From NCBI GenBank assembly GCA_963845145.1, contig CAWJQU010000008.1, positions 160,001-224,000 on the forward strand: DNA of 64,000 nucleotides, in the 5' to 3' direction. The first letter of the stretch is position 1; each line of letters begins with the position of its first letter. Of the stretch, positions 37,654-48,225 are shown piece by piece. The DNA is from an uncultured delta proteobacterium (GTDB lineage: Bacteria; Desulfobacterota; Desulfobacteria; Desulfobacterales; QNYZ01). A program made the position numbers and the translations under genes. The notes under the pieces are model-generated. The model had not been told where the DNA came from and ran no database searches. It saw nothing but the letters and a program-made list of their open reading frames with translations.

Positions 37654-39126
37654 CTACTTAATCTCAGCAATCGGATTCCGCGGAAGAATAATAGTAAATC
37701 GGGCGCCTTTTCCGGGTTCGGTCTTTACAGTGATGCTCCCCCCGTGTTTATGAATGACTTTACGGGTGATAAATAGCCCGATACCGGTTCCTTTATTCCC
37801 TTTGGAAGAATAAAAAAGCCTGAAAATATTGGGGACCTGATCCTTTTCGATCCCAGGCCCATTATCTGAAATGTCAAAAACAACCTGGGAGTCTTCCCCC
37901 CGAACATTAAATGTAATGATTTGGTTTTTATTACGTGTATCTTCGATACAAGCATCCATCGCGTTTTCAAGGATATTAATAAGTGCGGGGCGTATAACTT
38001 CCGTGTCGATATTCATTTTCCCCAGGCTGGTGGGAAAGTTACACCTAAATTCGACATTGGCCGCCCGAATACGCGTCTCTATGCTGGTTGAAACGTCTTC
38101 GGCAAATTCCCAGACATCGATGTTCGACAACTGTAAATCCCGCTCTTTGGCATAGTATAAAATGTCCAATACAAGCTTTCGGATTCGGTCAACCATGAGT
38201 TTGGTGACATCCAACCCCTCCTCGATGCGCGCGTGTTTATTGCGGTAAAACCCGGTTTCAATCAAATAGAGGCTAGCATCCAAACCAGTTAGGCACCCTT
38301 TCAAGCTATGGGAGACCGTGCCAATCATTAGGCCTAAAGTTGAAAGGTTGAGTTGCATTTGGTGCAACCGCGTAACGTCCATAAAATATCCGAGGGTCGC
38401 CCGCCTACCACCGTAATAGATAGGCGTCACTGTCTCCATGATCCATCGAATATCGCCGCCTTTGTTGTGAATACAAAATTCATACGGCGTTGTACTCTTT
38501 CGCTTCAACATGGCGACGGCCTGCTGGCGAACGTGCTCCCGGTAATCCTCATGTATATAGGTGAAAGGGTTGGAATCTAAGACCTCATCTTTGGTGTATC
38601 CGATAATACGAATAAATTCGGTGTTAACATATTTGAATTTGTCATCCTGGACAATAAAAGTACCAATCGGTGCGTTCTGCTTGCTGTCAAGAAACGCCTG
38701 GACAGCCAGTTTCTCCTCGGTTATATCCCGAATAAACCCTTCGATGCCAATCGCCCCATTTTTACGACAAACAATCCAGCGATCATTGAGCCACCTTACT
38801 TTACCGTCAGGGTGGATCAAACGATAGTTTGTCTCGCCCTCATCAATGCCGTTACCCAAAGCATCGTTGATGTCATTCAACAAACCATCCCGATCTTCCG
38901 GGTGAATTTTTTGGAATACCTGTTCTGCGTCGGGTGTCCGCGACCCGGCACACTCAATATCAAATATTTCCACAAAGCGTCGATTAATAAAATGGTAACG
39001 CTTCTCGCTGACCGCATAGTGATAAATCCCATCCGAAGACCGGTCGGCCAGGCTTTGGAAATCCTGAAATAGCTCGTGTTTGATCGGAGCAGTATTGTGG
39101 GCGGGTGTTCCGTTTATATCTGTCAT
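37654..39126 (-). CDS. PAS-domain sensor histidine kinase (cytoplasmic, no response regulator in window)
   Basis: Two PAS domains (IHPEDR, IHEDYR), H-box VSHSLKG, NILENAMDA, DNGPGI and GTGIGL. Confidence 0.9.
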   Translation of the reverse strand: MTDINGTPAHNTAPIKHELFQDFQSLADRSSDGIYHYAVSEKRYHFINRRFVEIFDIECAGSRTPDAEQVFQKIHPEDRDGLLNDINDALGNGIDEGETNYRLIHPDGKVRWLNDRWIVCRKNGAIGIEGFIRDITEEKLAVQAFLDSKQNAPIGTFIVQDDKFKYVNTEFIRIIGYTKDEVLDSNPFTYIHEDYREHVRQQAVAMLKRKSTTPYEFCIHNKGGDIRWIMETVTPIYYGGRRATLGYFMDVTRLHQMQLNLSTLGLMIGTVSHSLKGCLTGLDASLYLIETGFYRNKHARIEEGLDVTKLMVDRIRKLVLDILYYAKERDLQLSNIDVWEFAEDVSTSIETRIRAANVEFRCNFPTSLGKMNIDTEVIRPALINILENAMDACIEDTRNKNQIITFNVRGEDSQVVFDISDNGPGIEKDQVPNIFRLFYSSKGNKGTGIGLFITRKVIHKHGGSITVKTEPGKGARFTIILPRNPIAEIK

Positions 39127-39336
39127 GGCGTCATTATCATTTTGTTATATTTTCAACCATCGGTGACAAATGTTTTAATGAATAAGAAGGAATGGCCGAT
39201 TTTTTCAATCGTACTCCTAATCGATTTATTAAGAAAAGGCAATTGACACCCGGAAACAGACAACCCCCGGATCTATGTCTAATAAAAGGACACAATTCGA
39301 GGGTTGTTTAAAAGTGGGCGGTGTGGGTTGAATGCT

Positions 39337-41445
39337 TTACGCCATATTTTCCGCCACCAGTTCGGCGATATCCCGGGTCTTGATTTCCTCCTCTTTCTCC
39401 AGTTCTTTCATACCGTCTTCAACCATCGTCAGGCAAAAGGGGCACCCGACAGCCACATTGGTTACGTTTTTTCTGACGATCTCTTCGGTACGTTCAATGT
39501 TGATCCGCTTGCCGATGGTCTCTTCCATCCACATTCGGCCACCCCCGGCGCCACAACAAAAGCTTTCCCGGCCATGTCGATCCAACTCCTTCAGCCCCCA
39601 GTTCGATATGGATTTCAACAATGTTCGGGGTTGGTCGTAAATGGAATTATAGCGTCCCAGGTAACAGGGATCATGGTAGGTTAGCGGACCTTCCAGTGTC
39701 TGGGTTAACTTAACCTTACCCTCTTTGACGAGCTCGTCAATGAACGCGGAGTGATGGATCACCTCGTAATGTCCACCCATCTGCGGGTATTCATGTTTCA
39801 AGGTGTTGAGGCAATGAGGGCAGGCCGTAATAATCTTTTTGACCTTGTAATTGTTGAGGGTCTCTATATTTTCTTCGGCCATCATCTGGTAGAGCATCTC
39901 ATTGCCCACCCGGCGGGCAAAGTCTCCGGTGCATTTCTCTTCCGTCCCCAAAATAGCAAAGCTGACGCCGGCTTTTTGAAGAATCTTCACCAGGCTGACC
40001 GACACTTTTTTGGTGCGGTCGTCAAAGGATCCGGCACACCCAACCCAAAGAAGATAGTCGACATCGGCATCTTCCGCCATTGTTTTAACACCCAGATCTT
40101 CCGCCCAGTCGGCCCTTTTATCGTAGCCAATGCCCCATGGGTTTCCATTACGTTCAAGCCCTTTTAAAGCAGGGTTCAACTCTTTCGGGTAGGCTTCGCC
40201 CATCAATGTTTGGCCTTGTCGCATGGCGACAATGCGAGGCACATGCTCGATGGTCACCGGGCAGACTTCCTCACAAGCCCGGCAGGTTGTGCAGGCCCAG
40301 AGCATATCGGGTTCAATGATGTCGCCTACCAGTTGTTTCTCACTGTTCAGGGCCGCCATCTTCTCCTTGGTCTTTTCATTTTGCTCAGGATTACTATCCG
40401 GTTGAATGGTTTCGGCCAATCGCGACCGTTTAATAATATTGTAAGCATGATCGTACAGTTCGTTTTTCAATCGATCGTTGAAGTCGTGGAGGTTTAACGG
40501 TTTGTCCGTGGTGTAGGTCGGGCAGACCTCTTTGCAGCGGCCACACTCGGTGCAGGTGTAAAGGTCCAGTCCCTGTTTCCAGGTCAGCTGGTGAATGTGA
40601 TTTAAGCCCAGTGTTTCGTCTTCCCAGGCCGCTTCATCCTCAAGATCCAACACTTTGGTCTTTTCATGCGGGTATCCCAGTTTTTTGAAAAAAACGTTTG
40701 GCAGCGCAGTAATGACATGAAAATGTTTCCCATGGGGCAAGAAGTTGAGAAAAGTCAACTGGGTGATAATATGCAACCAAAACATGATCACCATGATCAC
40801 CCCTATGGAATCCGCACTGAGTGGTTTCAACAATGCCGCGAACGCCACGGTAACCGGCGTCCAAAGAAACTCGCTGCCATAGGTAGGATTATTGAAAAAA
40901 TGAAGGTGGTCGGGATTCCCAAAGGCCGTAATTAACTGATACCGGGCGCCGTCGTAGAGCAGGTCTGAAATCATCAGCACGCCGATCATCCCCAACACAA
41001 AAAATGCTTCCCAGGTATTGTGCAGCCGTTTGGGTTTGGTGACCAACCGACGAAAAACGGCATAGATCACCATCGCCAATACGACCCCTTCCATAAGGTC
41101 TTTGATAGCAATATAAAGATATCCAAGGATAAACTCATCGCCTAAAAACGGCAGCTGAAACCCTTTCACAAAGCCTTCGCCATACAGGGTAATACTACGA
41201 ATCAAGAGAACGCAGAACCCCCAAAAGATCAGTGCGTGCATCACGCCTGAAGCCCGTTCTTTTTTCCGGCCCACCAGGCGTTTTTGCCCGATGGCCAGAG
41301 TCATCAGGTTTTTCAGGCGTTCAATGATACGATTGACTCGATCTGCCGGCTCAAGCGCCATTAACAATTGTATTTTATGAAACATGGTACTGCCAAAAAT
41401 TGCCAATGCAATCAAAAGCAGTAGAATCATTAAAAATGGATTCAT
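39337..41445 (-). CDS. Membrane-bound FeS oxidoreductase (FadF/DUF224-type, ETF:menaquinone oxidoreductase-like)
   Basis: N-terminal heme-b-type TM domain (HALIFWGF, GKHFHV), CTECGRC and CTTCRACEEVCP ferredoxin motifs, two CCG domains; directly downstream of etfBA. Confidence 0.88.
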   Translation of the reverse strand: MNPFLMILLLLIALAIFGSTMFHKIQLLMALEPADRVNRIIERLKNLMTLAIGQKRLVGRKKERASGVMHALIFWGFCVLLIRSITLYGEGFVKGFQLPFLGDEFILGYLYIAIKDLMEGVVLAMVIYAVFRRLVTKPKRLHNTWEAFFVLGMIGVLMISDLLYDGARYQLITAFGNPDHLHFFNNPTYGSEFLWTPVTVAFAALLKPLSADSIGVIMVIMFWLHIITQLTFLNFLPHGKHFHVITALPNVFFKKLGYPHEKTKVLDLEDEAAWEDETLGLNHIHQLTWKQGLDLYTCTECGRCKEVCPTYTTDKPLNLHDFNDRLKNELYDHAYNIIKRSRLAETIQPDSNPEQNEKTKEKMAALNSEKQLVGDIIEPDMLWACTTCRACEEVCPVTIEHVPRIVAMRQGQTLMGEAYPKELNPALKGLERNGNPWGIGYDKRADWAEDLGVKTMAEDADVDYLLWVGCAGSFDDRTKKVSVSLVKILQKAGVSFAILGTEEKCTGDFARRVGNEMLYQMMAEENIETLNNYKVKKIITACPHCLNTLKHEYPQMGGHYEVIHHSAFIDELVKEGKVKLTQTLEGPLTYHDPCYLGRYNSIYDQPRTLLKSISNWGLKELDRHGRESFCCGAGGGRMWMEETIGKRINIERTEEIVRKNVTNVAVGCPFCLTMVEDGMKELEKEEEIKTRDIAELVAENMA

Positions 41446-41474
41446 AGATATCTCGCCATAGTAGTATATTTCGG

Positions 41475-42434
41475 TTAGGCTCTTACTTTTTTAATCTCTT
41501 CCCGCAGGATCGGCACTACTTCAAACAGGTCACCCACGATACCATAATCTGCTACGTTGAAAATGGGCGCCTCGGGGTCTTTATTAACCGCCAGAATCAC
41601 CTTGGAGCCGTTCATTCCCGCCAGGTGCTGAATGGCGCCGGAAATACCAAAGGCCATGTAGAGGGAGGGGGCGACAATCTTACCGGTTTGCCCCACTTGT
41701 TTATTGTGGCCCATAAAGCCACCATCAACCATTGCCCGGGAGGAGCCAAATCCGGCGCTAAGATCGTCGGCCAACCCTTTAACCAGATCGATTCCGGCCT
41801 GGTCCTTGGCGCCCCGCCCGACGGATACCACAATATCGGCCTCGGCCAGATCGATTTCACCGCTAGCGTCCGAGACCAGTTCCTTAATGACGGCTTTTAA
41901 ATCCGGTTCCGGGGTGGACAGCTTCACCATATTTTCTGCCCCGGTTAGGCCTTCGGTCGCTTCAAACGCGCCGGCACGCACGACAGCCACAAGTTTACCT
42001 GCGGTGATTTTAACCCGTTGCATCACTTTATTGGTGATGGCGGGTCGAATTATTTCGATTTGATCGCCTTCCAACATCACATCGGTGATTTCGTTGGCGC
42101 AAGCGGCTTCAAGTTGAGCGGCAACTCTAGGGGCAACCGCTTTGCTGCTTTCTGAAAAACCAAACCAGACCTGATCGGCGTCGAATTGTTTGGCGGCATC
42201 GACAATACAGGCGGCATAGGGCCCGGCGGAGAAAATCTCCAGGCTTGGATCATCCGCGATGTATTGGGTATCAGAGCCCGCATTGGCCAATTCAGCGGCA
42301 AGGGACTCTATATTGCTGCCAATTGCGGCCACGGCGGTATCCGCACCGATGGCCTTGGCCTTAGACAGAAGTTCGGCCGTACTGCCTTTTACGACACCTT
42401 GTTTTATCTCTGCAATCACGAGTATTTTAGCCAT
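41475..42434 (-). CDS. etfA: Electron transfer flavoprotein alpha subunit
   Basis: QVGQTGKIVAP, GISGAIQHLAGM and NKDPEAPIF. Confidence 0.95.
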   Translation of the reverse strand: MAKILVIAEIKQGVVKGSTAELLSKAKAIGADTAVAAIGSNIESLAAELANAGSDTQYIADDPSLEIFSAGPYAACIVDAAKQFDADQVWFGFSESSKAVAPRVAAQLEAACANEITDVMLEGDQIEIIRPAITNKVMQRVKITAGKLVAVVRAGAFEATEGLTGAENMVKLSTPEPDLKAVIKELVSDASGEIDLAEADIVVSVGRGAKDQAGIDLVKGLADDLSAGFGSSRAMVDGGFMGHNKQVGQTGKIVAPSLYMAFGISGAIQHLAGMNGSKVILAVNKDPEAPIFNVADYGIVGDLFEVVPILREEIKKVRA

Positions 42435-42500
42435 AATATTGTTTTCCTCTTATCGTTCCGTTTCGAAGTAGATGATGATAGCAAATAATGGTTGACCGTG

Positions 42501-43283
42501 TTAAATAACCTTGGCCTCATTGGCTAAAAGCCCAACGACCTCGGCTGTAATTTCGGCCGCTTCGCCTTCAAATTTCCGTCCGCCCTGGCGGGCTTGGGAG
42601 GCCATAAACTCAACCACTTCCGATTTCGGCCCGGCACTGCTGATTTCATCCACTGAAAGCCCCAGGGTCGCCAGATCCATGACATTGATTTTCTTTTTCT
42701 TTGCCATCATAACACCACGCATGGCGGGCAGTCGCGGTTCGTTAATGCTGACATCCACCGTAATGACTGCCGGCAGCGCCACTTCAACGATTTCGGTACC
42801 GCTGTCTCCGGCGCGGGATACCTTAATATGCTGCTCATCGACAACCTCGATGGCAACCACATTGCTTACACACGGTAATCCTAGATATTCGGCCAGGGTG
42901 ATACCGGTCTGGCCGCTATCCGTATCCTGAGCTTGTTTACCTGTGATGATTAAATCATAATCTCCCGTCTCATAAACCTTTTGCAACACTTTGGCATAAA
43001 CGGCCGAATCGGCTTTTTCCAGGGCCGGATCTTCGATATGAATGCCGTTATCAATCCCCATGGCATAGCATCGTCGAATCACATCTGTATTGTCACCGCC
43101 ACCGACACTTACCAGTGTCGTCTCCGCACCACTGTTTTCCTTGAGTTGCACGGAGGTTTCGACCGCATTTTCATCCCAGGCGTTGGTTACATATTGCAGC
43201 CCATCTTCAACAATAGCGCCATTTTCAACGCGGATGGTCAATTCAACATCAACGACCTTTTTCACAGTTGTAAGAATTTTCAA
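42501..43283 (-). CDS. etfB: Electron transfer flavoprotein beta subunit
   Basis: NAWDENAVE, GKQAQDTDSGQ and NEPRLP; TTG start after GGAGG. Confidence 0.93.
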   Translation of the reverse strand: MKILTTVKKVVDVELTIRVENGAIVEDGLQYVTNAWDENAVETSVQLKENSGAETTLVSVGGGDNTDVIRRCYAMGIDNGIHIEDPALEKADSAVYAKVLQKVYETGDYDLIITGKQAQDTDSGQTGITLAEYLGLPCVSNVVAIEVVDEQHIKVSRAGDSGTEIVEVALPAVITVDVSINEPRLPAMRGVMMAKKKKINVMDLATLGLSVDEISSAGPKSEVVEFMASQARQGGRKFEGEAAEITAEVVGLLANEAKVI

Positions 43284-43340
43284 ATTGTCCTCCTATGTAT
43301 TGGGTCCTCTTAAGCCTAAACCATCATATCCCATCAAGAC

Positions 43341-44213
43341 TTATTTCACTAAAATGCGTTTATTCCCACAAACGACCATCAATTCGGATTCATCGGCGGG
43401 AAAGGCGAGAGTCATATTGAGGGTTTGACCCATTTGCACGGCAAGCGATGTGGGTCTCGAATTACTGATCATCACCGGCAGATGTGCTCGCGCCGCTTTT
43501 TGAACCAATTCGTAACTGATCCGTGAAGATAAAACCAGCACGCCGGCATTAGACAGTTTCCGGTCCATAAACGCCTTGCCGATGGCTTTATCCAGCGCAT
43601 TATGCCTGCCGACATCTTCCGCAAAAGAAATCAGTCCCAGTTGTTTATCAAAAATAATGGCGGCGTGCGAACCCCTTGTATGCTGGTAATAGTTCTGATT
43701 TTCGGATAGTTTCCGGATGCAATCAAAGACTTCATCGAGTGTTACTGTAAAGCCGTCTTTTGCCGGCGTTAAAACCTGATAGAGATCTTTAATCATTTCT
43801 TTACCGCAAATTCCGCAACTGGTCTGGCTGATAAAGCCCTTTCTCGCGAGTAGCTCAGGTATTTTTTTGCGTCTTTCGTCTGTTAGCCGAATATCAATAA
43901 CGTTGGAGTCCAAATCGTCACAATACCCGATGGCGCCAAAATCATCCGGAGAATCGGCGATCCCCTCCCCCAGGCAAAACCCTGCAGCGTGAAACAATTC
44001 GTCTCCGGGTGTTCTCATCACTACCGAATATGGTTTACCGTCGATCCGAATAACTAGGGGTTCTTCTCCGATAAAAAAGAGCGACTGGGTCCGGCAGGTG
44101 CCCTCTTTACACCGAAGGACCTCATATGAATCCGTATCATGGCCTGCATTCAATGGGAGCTGATCCTTGAAAAAATAGTGAGGCCGCCTTTTGATACCAT
44201 GATATCGGGCCAC
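43341..44213 (-). CDS. fdhD: FdhD-family molybdenum/tungsten-cofactor sulfurtransferase
   Basis: EEPL, MRTPG, TSCGICG, EDVGRHNALDKAIG and SSRISYELVQK. The start may be TTG 44153. Confidence 0.9.
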   Translation of the reverse strand: MARYHGIKRRPHYFFKDQLPLNAGHDTDSYEVLRCKEGTCRTQSLFFIGEEPLVIRIDGKPYSVVMRTPGDELFHAAGFCLGEGIADSPDDFGAIGYCDDLDSNVIDIRLTDERRKKIPELLARKGFISQTSCGICGKEMIKDLYQVLTPAKDGFTVTLDEVFDCIRKLSENQNYYQHTRGSHAAIIFDKQLGLISFAEDVGRHNALDKAIGKAFMDRKLSNAGVLVLSSRISYELVQKAARAHLPVMISNSRPTSLAVQMGQTLNMTLAFPADESELMVVCGNKRILVK

Positions 44214-44278
44214 ATCGGAGAATAAGACTTCATTTCAAACACTATCCACAATTTGGTTATATTTTAACCCATTGTTTT

Positions 44279-44893
44279 TTATTTATCTCCCGCGCGCTCT
44301 TTGGGGGAGTGAGAAAATGCGAGCGATTCGGTTAACACAAATGCTGCTTGGAGATACGATGTGGGGCAGAGTGGAAAGCACGCTTTACAATCATTGCACT
44401 CTTTTGCGGCAATCTCGGGAATAAAACTGATCTCTTTGTTTATGCCCCGGTCGACAAATCCGAGGGCATTCTTTTTGGCCACCTCGGCACAATATCTGAC
44501 GCATAGGCCGCAATGAATACAAAAAGATGGGTCTTTTTCAAACCGGTCCCTTACCGCCCCATACTCCTTTGCCATTTCCGTTAGCTGTGGCGAATCAGGG
44601 GCATGGGCCATCAGAAGTTCAATGATGGTCTTGCGAATTCGATCCACCTTTTCAGACCGAGTTCTGACCTTAATGTTATTTTGCGCCGGAAACACGCATG
44701 AAACAACGAGCTTTGTCCAACCTCGATCTTCCACTTCAACAATACAAATCCGACATCCACCGAAAGGTTCCAGTTTTTCATGGTGACACAGGGTTGGTAT
44801 GAATATTCCTTCACCCTGGGCAACCTCTAGGATGGTCATGCCTTCAGTCGCCTGGACTTCTGTTCCATCAATTTCAAATTGAATTTCGCTCAT
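44279..44893 (-). CDS. bamI: Benzoyl-CoA reductase BamI (NuoG N-terminus-like, 2Fe-2S/4Fe-4S)
   Basis: IPTLCHH..GCRICIVEV..VSC, CIHCGLCVRYC; last gene of the bam order. Confidence 0.82.
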   Translation of the reverse strand: MSEIQFEIDGTEVQATEGMTILEVAQGEGIFIPTLCHHEKLEPFGGCRICIVEVEDRGWTKLVVSCVFPAQNNIKVRTRSEKVDRIRKTIIELLMAHAPDSPQLTEMAKEYGAVRDRFEKDPSFCIHCGLCVRYCAEVAKKNALGFVDRGINKEISFIPEIAAKECNDCKACFPLCPTSYLQAAFVLTESLAFSHSPKERAGDK

Positions 44894-46820
44894 TATTTTT
44901 TACTCTTTTTCGTTATCGTTCTTTCAGCTTCGGAAACAGGATCCGGAACCTGCTCCCCGGAAAGTTTTACGACCGCTTTAAACCGCGGGGGACAAACTTC
45001 CAAACACGTTCCGCAATTGGTACATTTCTCCGAATCGATAATATGAATTTTTTTCTTACCCCCGTCAATGGCATCAGCCGGACAGTTTCTAGCACAGATC
45101 ATGCAAGCCTGACACTTGGCCGGATCAATATAATAAGCAATCAATTCTTTACACGATAAAGAAGGACACCGCTTTTCCTTGATATGGGCCTCGTACTCAT
45201 CCCTGAAATAACGTAACGTACTTAAAAACGGGTTGGGTGCACTCTTGCCTAACGCACAAAGGGAGGCTTCCACGGCCGTCTCAGACAACTCTTCCAACAG
45301 TTCAATGTCGCCTTCTTTTCCCTCACCATGGGTGATGTTGGTTAAAATACGGTGCATCTGCCTTAAGCCCTCTCGGCAGGGGACACATTTGCCACAGGAT
45401 TCATCGGTAAGAAATTCGATAAAATACCTGGCGACATCCACCATACAGGTATCCTCGTCCATGACGATCATCCCGCCCGAGCCCATCATTGAGCCGGCCT
45501 TGGTCAGTTCGTCAAAGCCTACTTGCAGATCCAGCTGATCTTCCGGGATACATCCCCCAGACGGCCCACCGGTCTGTACTGCTTTAAACTTTTTACCATC
45601 CGGAATACCGCCGCCGATTTTATAAATAATATCTCTTAAGGTCATACCCATGGGTACTTCCACAAGACCGGTATTGGTGATCTTGCCGACCAAAGAAAAA
45701 ATTTTGGTTCCTTTACTGCTTTCCGTCCCCACAGAAGTAAACCAGTCCGCCCCGTTGTTGACAATAAGCGGTACATTCGCCCAAGTCTCAACATTGTTTA
45801 AAACACTGGGACGATTCCATAAACCCTTTGATATTAGAGCGAGTGTATTTGGGTCGGGGCTCCCCGACCTTACCTTCCAGGGATGTCATCAAAGCCGTTG
45901 ACTCACCACAAACAAAAGCCCCGGCTCCCTGATGCACGAATACGTTAAAATCAAAACCCGACCCCAGGATATTTTTTCCCAGCAGGCCATATTCCTCCGC
46001 CTGTTTGATGGCCAAGTTAATATTCTTAACCGCCAAGGGATATTCCTGTCTGACATAAAAATAGCCCTCGTGGGCACGGATGGCGTATCCACCGATGATC
46101 AATCCCTCCAGAATTGAGTGGGGATTCCCTTCAAGCAATGCTCTGTCCATAAATGCACCGGGGTCGCCTTCATCCGCGTTGACAATCACATATTTTATCG
46201 GTTCAGAAGCATTTCGGGACCCCTCCCACTTACGGCCTGCGGGAAAACCGGCCCCTCCCCGACCTCTTAGGTTGGACTTTTTAACCTCTTCCAACACATC
46301 CATATCGGTCATTTCACTGAGCGCTTTGGCCAATGCGGAGTAACCGCCAATGGCCAAATAGTCATCAATACTTTTGGAGTCAATTTTGATGTTATTGCAC
46401 AGAACGGTTCGTTGCTGGCTTTTATAAAAGGAAATATCCGATTCTTTGACCGCTTTTTCACCCGTCGTGGGATCTTCGTACAACAAACGGTCGATAACTT
46501 TCTTTCCCTTTATTGTCTCTGAAACGATTTCGGGGACGTCTTCAGGTTTTACTTGAAGGTAGCATATCTCTTCCGGATATATCACCACCACCGGTCCCCG
46601 TTCACAAAAACCCGGGCATCCAGTGCCTTTGGTTTCAACCGTTGCTGTTAAATTTTCTTTTTCAATCTCTTTGTTAAACATATCAATGACTTCATCCGCA
46701 CCTGAGGCCACACACCCAGCACCGGCACATATGGAAATGCACGGGTTCTCCGGATCTCTGCGTGATAATAATTCTTTCTCTGAAATTCTGTAACGCTTCA
46801 GGCGAATTTAACTGCGCCAT
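44893..46820 (-). pseudogene. bamH: Benzoyl-CoA reductase BamH (NuoF-like), interrupted by two +1 frameshifts (possibly sequencing errors)
   Basis: ATG 46820 MAQLNSPEALQNFR, shift near 46778, KELLSRRDPENPCISICAGAGC..GRGGAGFP..NADEGDPG..SNIKG, shift near 45823, LWNRPSVLNNVETWANV..ESCGKCVPCREG. Confidence 0.85.
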
Positions 46821-46829
46821 AATGATCCC

Positions 46830-47282
46830 CTACTCATAAGTTTTTAACGCTTCCGATGTCTTGACCGGTGACATTTTACCGTGGACCTTACCATCGACTT
46901 CCATCACGGGGCCTAAGGCACAGCAACCGAGACAGTTGACGGTTTCCAAACTGAAATTCAGGTCCAGGTCGGTTTCACCGGGTTTTATGCCTATAGCCTC
47001 TTCCACTGTATCCAGAATGCGGGTGGCCCCTCGAACATGGCAGGCCGTTCCCAAACAAATGTGAACTTTATGGCGCCCTTTGGGAACCAAACTGAAGGCT
47101 TTATAGAAAGTCGCAATGTGCTGTATCCGGGTTAAAGGGACATCTAATTTCTCGCTGACCCGACCCAGTGCATCCTTGGAAAGCCAACTGTTTTCACTTT
47201 GAATATCAAGCAAGATCTGAAGCAAAGAACTGGCTTTGCCTTGATGTTTATCAATAATCCGGTCGATTTTTTCCATTTCCAT
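46830..47282 (-). CDS. bamG: Benzoyl-CoA reductase BamG (NuoE-like, 2Fe-2S)
   Basis: ATFYKAF, CLGTACHVRG and CLGCCALGP. Confidence 0.85.
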   Translation of the reverse strand: MEMEKIDRIIDKHQGKASSLLQILLDIQSENSWLSKDALGRVSEKLDVPLTRIQHIATFYKAFSLVPKGRHKVHICLGTACHVRGATRILDTVEEAIGIKPGETDLDLNFSLETVNCLGCCALGPVMEVDGKVHGKMSPVKTSEALKTYE

Positions 47283-47359
47283 AGACGTTGTCCTAACTTT
47301 TACTTTGTTCTTGATCGATTCGCCTATACGCTATTCATGTAGAAAACTGTGCGTAGAAG

Positions 47360-48136
47360 TCAGTTCGTAGAAGCAAGTGCGTAACACTTGCTGGCCGTGT
47401 CATATTTAACCATTCCGTATCTTGATGAACTGATCATGTGCCGGGATATTTCTGAAGGGTTCAGTCCCAGCCGCTCAGAGATATCACTCGTTGAAAGAGG
47501 TTTTTCATCCAACAGCAACAATATTTGACTGATTGCCAATTTTTCTGAAAATATTTTATCAAATAAGGCGTTAACTTCACGACTCGCAAAAAACTCAGTG
47601 TAAGCCTGCTTTGATTTTTCCGGGACGCGGAACCGTTCCCTTTCAAGCAGCCTCAGATAGGGGACGAGCTTTCTGGCTGCCTCCAGTTTGAATCGCACCA
47701 TATTCGCATCCAGCCCTTCGCTTTTCCCAAGGGGCCCCATCTCCTTTATCTGATTGCTGAAATCATTCGTATATTCGGCCAACAGATTGCCGTCTGCGCC
47801 GGACATAAACTCAGTCCTCATCCTTTTCGGGTTCAAACCGATGTGTTCCAGTATTTTTTTACATATATGGGTAATAGCAAATGCATCATAATTACCATGG
47901 GTCACGTAATTGCACTCATCTAACTTGCAGCCACCGATAAATACACCGTCTTGCCCTTTTAAAAAGGCCCTTAGAATAAATTCCAGGTCGACTCTACCGG
48001 AACACATGACACGAATAAGTCGCATGTCATTGGAATATTGCAGTCTGGAAACTCCAGCCAGGTCAGCGGCACCGTATGCTCACCAATGGCAGACAAAGCC
48101 TAAAATTTTCGGCTTGAATTCAAGACCTGTACTCAT
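47360..48136 (-). CDS. bamF: Benzoyl-CoA reductase BamF (MvhD-like selenoprotein, Sec19)
   Basis: ATG 48136 after GGAGG; GFVCHW-U(TGA 48082-48080)-AYGAADLAG..RVMCSGRVD continues in frame into ORF 47360-48025; SECIS-like CTGGA-GTT-TCCAG downstream. Confidence 0.9.
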
Positions 48137-48225
48137 CCCTTGCATCCTCCTATATTAATCGACCGTTATTTTTTCAATTGATGTAATCATGTTTTCTTTT
48201 ATTGGCTCTGCCCAACCATCAACGA

